Origin: an uncultured Gammaproteobacteria bacterium
Lineage (GTDB): Bacteria; Pseudomonadota; Gammaproteobacteria; UBA9214
NCBI GenBank assembly: GCA_963773065.1
Contig: CAVYZN010000007.1
Location: 1 to 46,674, forward strand
Reading direction: 5' to 3'
DNA length: 46,674 bases
Shown piece by piece: positions 42,721-46,674 of this stretch. Positions within the stretch are counted from its first letter, which is position 1; each line of letters opens with the position of its first letter. Made by a program: the position numbers and the translations under genes. A model generated the notes under the pieces. It searched no databases, was not told the origin of the DNA, and was given only the letters and a program-made list of their open reading frames with translations.

Positions 42721-44097
42721 TCAGCGCAACCCGGCATCCCGCAGTGCAACCTCCGCGGGCGGTGTTATGCCGTATAGGGAATAGGCACCGAAGCGCATGA
42801 TGTGCGGCCGGCCGAGCTTGGCCTTGTAGAAGTCGATCGCGAACCGCGGCTTCAGCTCCTTGCCGTCCCAGTCGTAGGCCTTGAGAAATTGCTCGTTCTG
42901 ATCTCCGAGCTTGTCCCAGTGCGACAGCAAAGACGAGGTGAAATACAGCCGCTTGCCGTCCCAGCTCTCCGAGACCATGTTGACCTGCGCGCCGATCGCC
43001 TTCTCGTAGATCTGCTTGGGATGGAACGGGTCGCTTACGTCGAACGCGCGCACGGTGCCATCCGAAAAGGTATCTACCCACAGGATCTTGTCGTCCGCGC
43101 TCAGGCTGATATCCACGGGCAGCGGGCTCTTGGAAGGATCGCCGATGTCGGCCACGGGCTTGGCTTGCCACTCTCCTTTATCGTCCTCGTAGATGAGCCA
43201 GATCTTGGAGCCGAGCGCGGTGCTGGTGAAGGCATAGTCGTGGAACGGGCCCCAGGAGAAGCGGATCTCCAGCGGGGCGCCCGGCACGTCCAGGACCTTC
43301 TTGGGCTTGCGCGCATGCAGATCCCACACCACCATGGTCTGGCCGAAGCGCTTCATCGCCTCCGGGTCCTTCAGCATCACGCCGATGTCCATCATGTAGT
43401 TGGACCAGCCTGTGAACGAGGACGTGAGCATCACGTTGCGCCGCGGCAGCACCCGGACGTCGTAGCCGTAGCCGTCGGCGAGCTTCTGGATCACCGCGCC
43501 TTGCGGGTTGTCATTGGTCGGCATCCAGTGGGTAGTGATGTAGTCGCCTTCGTTGTTGTATTCCACCATGGCCGTGCGCCCGCCACGGTCCTTGGCATTG
43601 GAGAGCCCGGTGATGAGCATGCGCCCAGGCAGCGCATAGAAGGTATGCGGACCCATAGCGCCGCCCGACTTCGCGACGAAGTCATCTATGGTCTTCACCA
43701 ACCGCGGCTTGGCCGGGTTCGTATGCACGTCGAAGATGAAGATCTTGCTGTCGTCCAGGCCCCCGGCCCAGAAGTAGCGCCGATCATCGGTGAAGTCGCC
43801 GTGATGCGCCTCGTGCCGCCCGCCGACCGAAACGCTGCTGAGCACCTGGCCGAAGCTCTTCGAGCCGGGGCGCGCATCCACGGTCACCAGCTTGTCGGAA
43901 CCGTCTCCCAGACCATCCACGCCCAGCGTCCAAACGTAGACGAAGTCCTCGTTCCCGGTAATCTTGGCCATGTACGGAGAAAGGCAGGTCTCGTCAGCCA
44001 CCGATGCGGCGGGTGCAGCACTGAGCACGGCGAGCCATCCCAGCAGCAGCAAACGACGTGGGTTCAGACGAAAAAAATATGCGGGGCGCTCTATCAT
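42721..44097 (-). CDS. mtoX: Methanethiol oxidase (SBP56/SELENBP1 family)
   Basis: 458 aa with GAGGAGG RBS and signal peptide, then DETC.SP, HEAHH, GPHTFYALPGR, GYGYD, SSFTGWSNY, GAPLEIR, PLPVDIS, SLLSHWDK. Both Trp residues proposed for the TTQ cofactor in MtoX are present. Confidence 0.9.
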   Translation of the reverse strand: MIERPAYFFRLNPRRLLLLGWLAVLSAAPAASVADETCLSPYMAKITGNEDFVYVWTLGVDGLGDGSDKLVTVDARPGSKSFGQVLSSVSVGGRHEAHHGDFTDDRRYFWAGGLDDSKIFIFDVHTNPAKPRLVKTIDDFVAKSGGAMGPHTFYALPGRMLITGLSNAKDRGGRTAMVEYNNEGDYITTHWMPTNDNPQGAVIQKLADGYGYDVRVLPRRNVMLTSSFTGWSNYMMDIGVMLKDPEAMKRFGQTMVVWDLHARKPKKVLDVPGAPLEIRFSWGPFHDYAFTSTALGSKIWLIYEDDKGEWQAKPVADIGDPSKSPLPVDISLSADDKILWVDTFSDGTVRAFDVSDPFHPKQIYEKAIGAQVNMVSESWDGKRLYFTSSLLSHWDKLGDQNEQFLKAYDWDGKELKPRFAIDFYKAKLGRPHIMRFGAYSLYGITPPAEVALRDAGLR

Positions 44098-44118
44098 CGG
44101 AATCCTCCTCAACAGGTG

Positions 44119-44133
44119 GCATAAACAGCGCCA
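44119..44133 (-). promoter_or_regulatory. Possible sigma54 -24/-12 site upstream of mtoX
   Basis: TGGCGCTGTTTATGC has correct GG-N10-GC spacing, but is very close to the RBS. Confidence 0.25.
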
Positions 44134-44193
44134 TTGTCCCGGCGCCGGCTTTATTAGTTTGTCATTCAAGCTACAAGTATAGACGGCCAGCGT

Positions 44194-44214
44194 GTGAACC
44201 CGGCCTTCTTGATC
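44194..44214. repeat. 21-bp direct repeat, copy 2
   Basis: Identical to 41864-41884; its last 4 nt (GATC) are also the first 4 nt of the rsxG duplicate. Confidence 0.95.
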
Positions 44215-44466
44215 TACGGTTTTGACGGCAAATCCCTGAACAATCCGCCGCTGGAACGCTGGGGCGTGAAAAAGGACGGCGGGGCGTTTGACCAACTGAC
44301 CGGCGCCACCATCACCCCGCGCGCGATCGTCAAGGCGGTGAGGAAAACGCTGCTATACTACCGGGAACATCGCGACGCCCGGTACGCGGCCGGGGCAGAG
44401 GCCGCCGCCCAGGCGTCGCCCGTACAGGGTCCGTCAATTCCCGACCAGACCCACGGTAATCACTAA
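44211..44466 (+). pseudogene. rsxG: Duplicated 3' part of rsxG
   Basis: 44211-44379 matches 41555-41723 (169 bp, 4 mismatches by manual count), followed by a diverged but related tail (PVQG.S.P...GNH*). Confidence 0.93.
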
Positions 44467-44483
44467 CGCGGAGCGGCGCAGTC

Positions 44484-45194
44484 ATGAACGATCCAAGCTA
44501 CACGAAAATCATCAATGACGGCCTGTGGCACAATAACGCCGGCCTGGTGCAATTGCTCGGCCTGTGCCCCCTGCTGGCCATCACCACCTCGGCCATCAAC
44601 GGCCTGGGGCTGGGACTGGCGACTACCCTGACGCTGGCCACCACCAACGTGACCGTCTCGCTGATCCGCAAACTGATCCGTCCCGAAATCCGCATTCCCG
44701 TGTTCGTGCTGCTCATCGCCTCCGTCGTCACCGTCATCGAACTGGGCATGAACGCCTGGTTCCACGATCTCTACAAGATCCTGGGTATCTTCATTCCGCT
44801 GATCGTGGTCAACTGCAACATCATCGGACGCGCCGAGGCCTTCGCCTCCAAGCACACGGTGGACCGCGCCCTGGTGGATGGCCTGGCCATCGGGTTCGGC
44901 TTCACCCTGGTCCTGGTCACCCTCGGCGCCCTGCGTGAGCTCATCGGGCACGGCACCCTGTTCGCCCAGGCCCAGCTCATGTTCGGCGAAGCCGGGCGCG
45001 CGCTCTCGCTCACCCTGATCGAGAACTACCGCGGCTTCCTGCTGGCGATACTTCCGCCCGGCGCCTTCATGGGGCTTGGACTCATGATCGCCGCCAAGAA
45101 CCTCATCAACGCCCGGCGCGAACAGCGCGCCGCCGTGCGCGAACTGCCCGTCGCCCCGCCCGCCAGGCCTGACGGACCGTCAGGCAAGCCGTGA
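44484..45194 (+). CDS. rsxE: Rnf/Rsx subunit E
   Basis: GLWHNNAGLVQLLGLCPLLA, IPLIVVNC.IIGRAEAFA, LPPGAF. Confidence 0.96.
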   Translation: MNDPSYTKIINDGLWHNNAGLVQLLGLCPLLAITTSAINGLGLGLATTLTLATTNVTVSLIRKLIRPEIRIPVFVLLIASVVTVIELGMNAWFHDLYKILGIFIPLIVVNCNIIGRAEAFASKHTVDRALVDGLAIGFGFTLVLVTLGALRELIGHGTLFAQAQLMFGEAGRALSLTLIENYRGFLLAILPPGAFMGLGLMIAAKNLINARREQRAAVRELPVAPPARPDGPSGKP

Positions 45195-45826
45195 ATCGCC
45201 GCAAACGCCAGGAAATCTTCGAACGCCTGCGCGCGGCCAACCCCCACCCGACCACCGAACTGGAATACGGCAATCCCTTCCAGCTCCTGGTCGCCGTGGT
45301 CCTGTCGGCCCAGTCGACCGATGCCGGGGTCAACAAGGCTACCCGCCGCCTGTTCAACAAGGTCAGAACGCCGGAGGACATGCTCGAACTGGGCGAGGAC
45401 GGGCTGAAGGAGTACATCAAGACCATCGGCCTGTATAACACCAAGGCCGGCAACCTCATCAAGGCCTGCGTCCTGCTGGTGGAACGGCATGGCGGCGTGG
45501 TCCCCGAAGACCGCAAGGCGCTGGAGGCCCTGCCCGGCGTGGGGCGCAAGACCGCCAACGTCATCCTCAACACGGCCTTCGGCCAGCCGACCATCGCCGT
45601 CGATACCCACATCTTCCGCGTCGCCAACCGCACCGGCATCGCACCCGGCGAGAATGTCGCCGAGGTCGAGAACCGCCTGCTGCGCCTAGTGCCGGAGGAG
45701 TTCAGGAAGGACGCCCACCACTGGCTGATACTGCTCGGCCGTTACACCTGTATCGCGCGCAAGCCCCGTTGCCCCTCCTGCCTCATCGCGAACCTGTGCG
45801 AGTACCCGCACAAGAACCCGAGCTAG
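45191..45826 (+). CDS. nth: Endonuclease III
   Basis: LSAQSTD, HhH LPGVGRKTANV, AVDTH, C-X6-C-X2-C-X5-C. Confidence 0.97.
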   Translation: MNRRKRQEIFERLRAANPHPTTELEYGNPFQLLVAVVLSAQSTDAGVNKATRRLFNKVRTPEDMLELGEDGLKEYIKTIGLYNTKAGNLIKACVLLVERHGGVVPEDRKALEALPGVGRKTANVILNTAFGQPTIAVDTHIFRVANRTGIAPGENVAEVENRLLRLVPEEFRKDAHHWLILLGRYTCIARKPRCPSCLIANLCEYPHKNPS

Positions 45827-45911
45827 GGACCGGCCCGTTTTACGCGGGTAACCGAGCGTTTCCCTGTTACTAAGAACAACACAAGCGAGGTACGCCCTGC
45901 CGAGCGCGCAA

Positions 45912-45977
45912 TAAAAAAGCGGCGGTCCGTCTGGACCGCCGCCGAGGAGTCATAAACTATGAAAAAAACGACCGCAC
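45912..45977 (-). ncRNA. Candidate small RNA with anti-Shine-Dalgarno seed
   Basis: Lies between a TTGTGC-N17-TAGGGT promoter-like motif (46012-45984) and the terminator at 45913-45942; contains UUUUUUUCAUAGUUUAUGACUCCUC. Confidence 0.4.
45913..45942 (-). terminator. Rho-independent terminator
   Basis: Perfect 10-bp stem GCGGCGGTCC / GGACCGCCGC with a 4-nt loop, followed by T6 on the minus strand. Confidence 0.75.
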
Positions 45978-46365
45978 AGGTATACCCTAAACCATAGGCA
46001 AAGCCGGCACAATACGGGATATTACGTATATCGCACGAGTGATACACGGCTAAAATTGACATTAGCGAGCAGCGACACTACCCGGCGGGGAGCTTGCATC
46101 GGGCGGTACTTCATGGCACCGCCGGGAAGATCGTGAAGCGCCACGCAGCAGGCAGTCAGTTCCGCCAAACGTCGGCACCGACAGCAAACAGCGCCGGTAG
46201 GCGCAAGCCTTTACTGATTCACTGCCGGGTATACGGCAAGCGAGGCGGTCACATGATAATTTGCTCAGCGCCAGCCTGGGGAACCCGGTGGCGCAGTCCA
46301 GACATAACCTGTCTCAAGTACGGCATAGCTGCTGATGACACCCTTTGCGATGAGTCTCCGCCTAC

Positions 46366-46674
46366 ATGACTGATAAAGCGCCCGTGCGATTGTCCGATAA
46401 TCACCCGGCATTAGACCGCTCGCTGATCTGGATCGGGTTCCTCTTCGGGGCCGGTTTCTATGTCTTCGATGTACTGATCGATGTGTTACTGCTTCAGCAG
46501 GGAAACCTATACGATGAGATGCTGCACCCGGATGTACATGAAACATTGATGCGTTTCAGCGTCCTGCTGATGTCCGTGGCATTTGCCGTCTATGCCGGCG
46601 TTCTGCTCGCAAGAGCGCGGACTGCCGCCGGTCGCGCGCAAACGGCGGAAAAATTTCTCAAATCCATCATCGAT
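46366..46674 (+). CDS. Partial membrane-anchored signalling protein, probably entering a PAS domain (runs off window)
   Basis: Open frame MTDKAPV... with two hydrophobic segments, ending AEKFLKSIID, typical of a PAS-domain entry helix. Confidence 0.6.
   Translation, partial: MTDKAPVRLSDNHPALDRSLIWIGFLFGAGFYVFDVLIDVLLLQQGNLYDEMLHPDVHETLMRFSVLLMSVAFAVYAGVLLARARTAAGRAQTAEKFLKSIID

Noticed and set aside
41750-43171. 473-aa SCO ORF overlapping mtoX
   Set aside because: The first 151 codons are an alternative frame of mtoX; SCO-related sequence starts at or after 42718.
42721-44295. 524-aa MtoX with a long N-terminal extension
   Set aside because: The extension is the antisense of the rsxG duplicate and the upstream spacer; a strong RBS and signal peptide point to ATG 44097.
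45823-46369. Small ORFs between nth and the final sensor gene
   Set aside because: No motifs, weak starts and atypical composition; better explained as intergenic or regulatory DNA.

Overview
GC-rich gammaproteobacterial chromosome segment; gene order and Rnf/methanethiol oxidase content suggest a Chromatiales-like organism (inference). The backbone is conserved housekeeping synteny: rlmD, a 3'-5' exonuclease, ydbL/ydbH-like genes, cysM, pdxJ-recO-era-rnc-lepB-lepA, degP-rseCBA-rpoE, nadB, fumarase, arsC, wrbA, hda, purMN, dcd, apbC, metG, rsxABCDGE and nth. Five of these genes carry single-base frameshifts that are probably sequencing indels. Two accessory insertions share one architecture: intact host gene, cargo with IS91/ISCR transposase debris, then a second copy of the host gene's 3' part. 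(1) At rlmD the cargo is a RelE/ParE toxin-antitoxin pair, a group II intron 5' fragment, an ISCR remnant with oriIS, and a low-GC asparagine-synthase-like gene. (2) Inside the Rnf operon at rsxG the cargo is methanethiol oxidase (mtoX) plus an SCO gene, bounded by a 21-bp direct repeat derived from ISCR transposase sequence. The ISCR remnant near 2.7-3.0 kb is interrupted by four 17-48 nt micro-insertions whose removal (plus one 1-nt correction) restores the conserved protein motif. One insertion resembles a 52-nt unit nested in a GGA-hairpin palindrome at 6.2-6.4 kb. Also seen: a stand-alone Hpt protein where barA/gacS usually lies, a candidate anti-RBS sRNA after nth, and several REP-like repeats. 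All family assignments come from motif recognition by eye; no searches were run.
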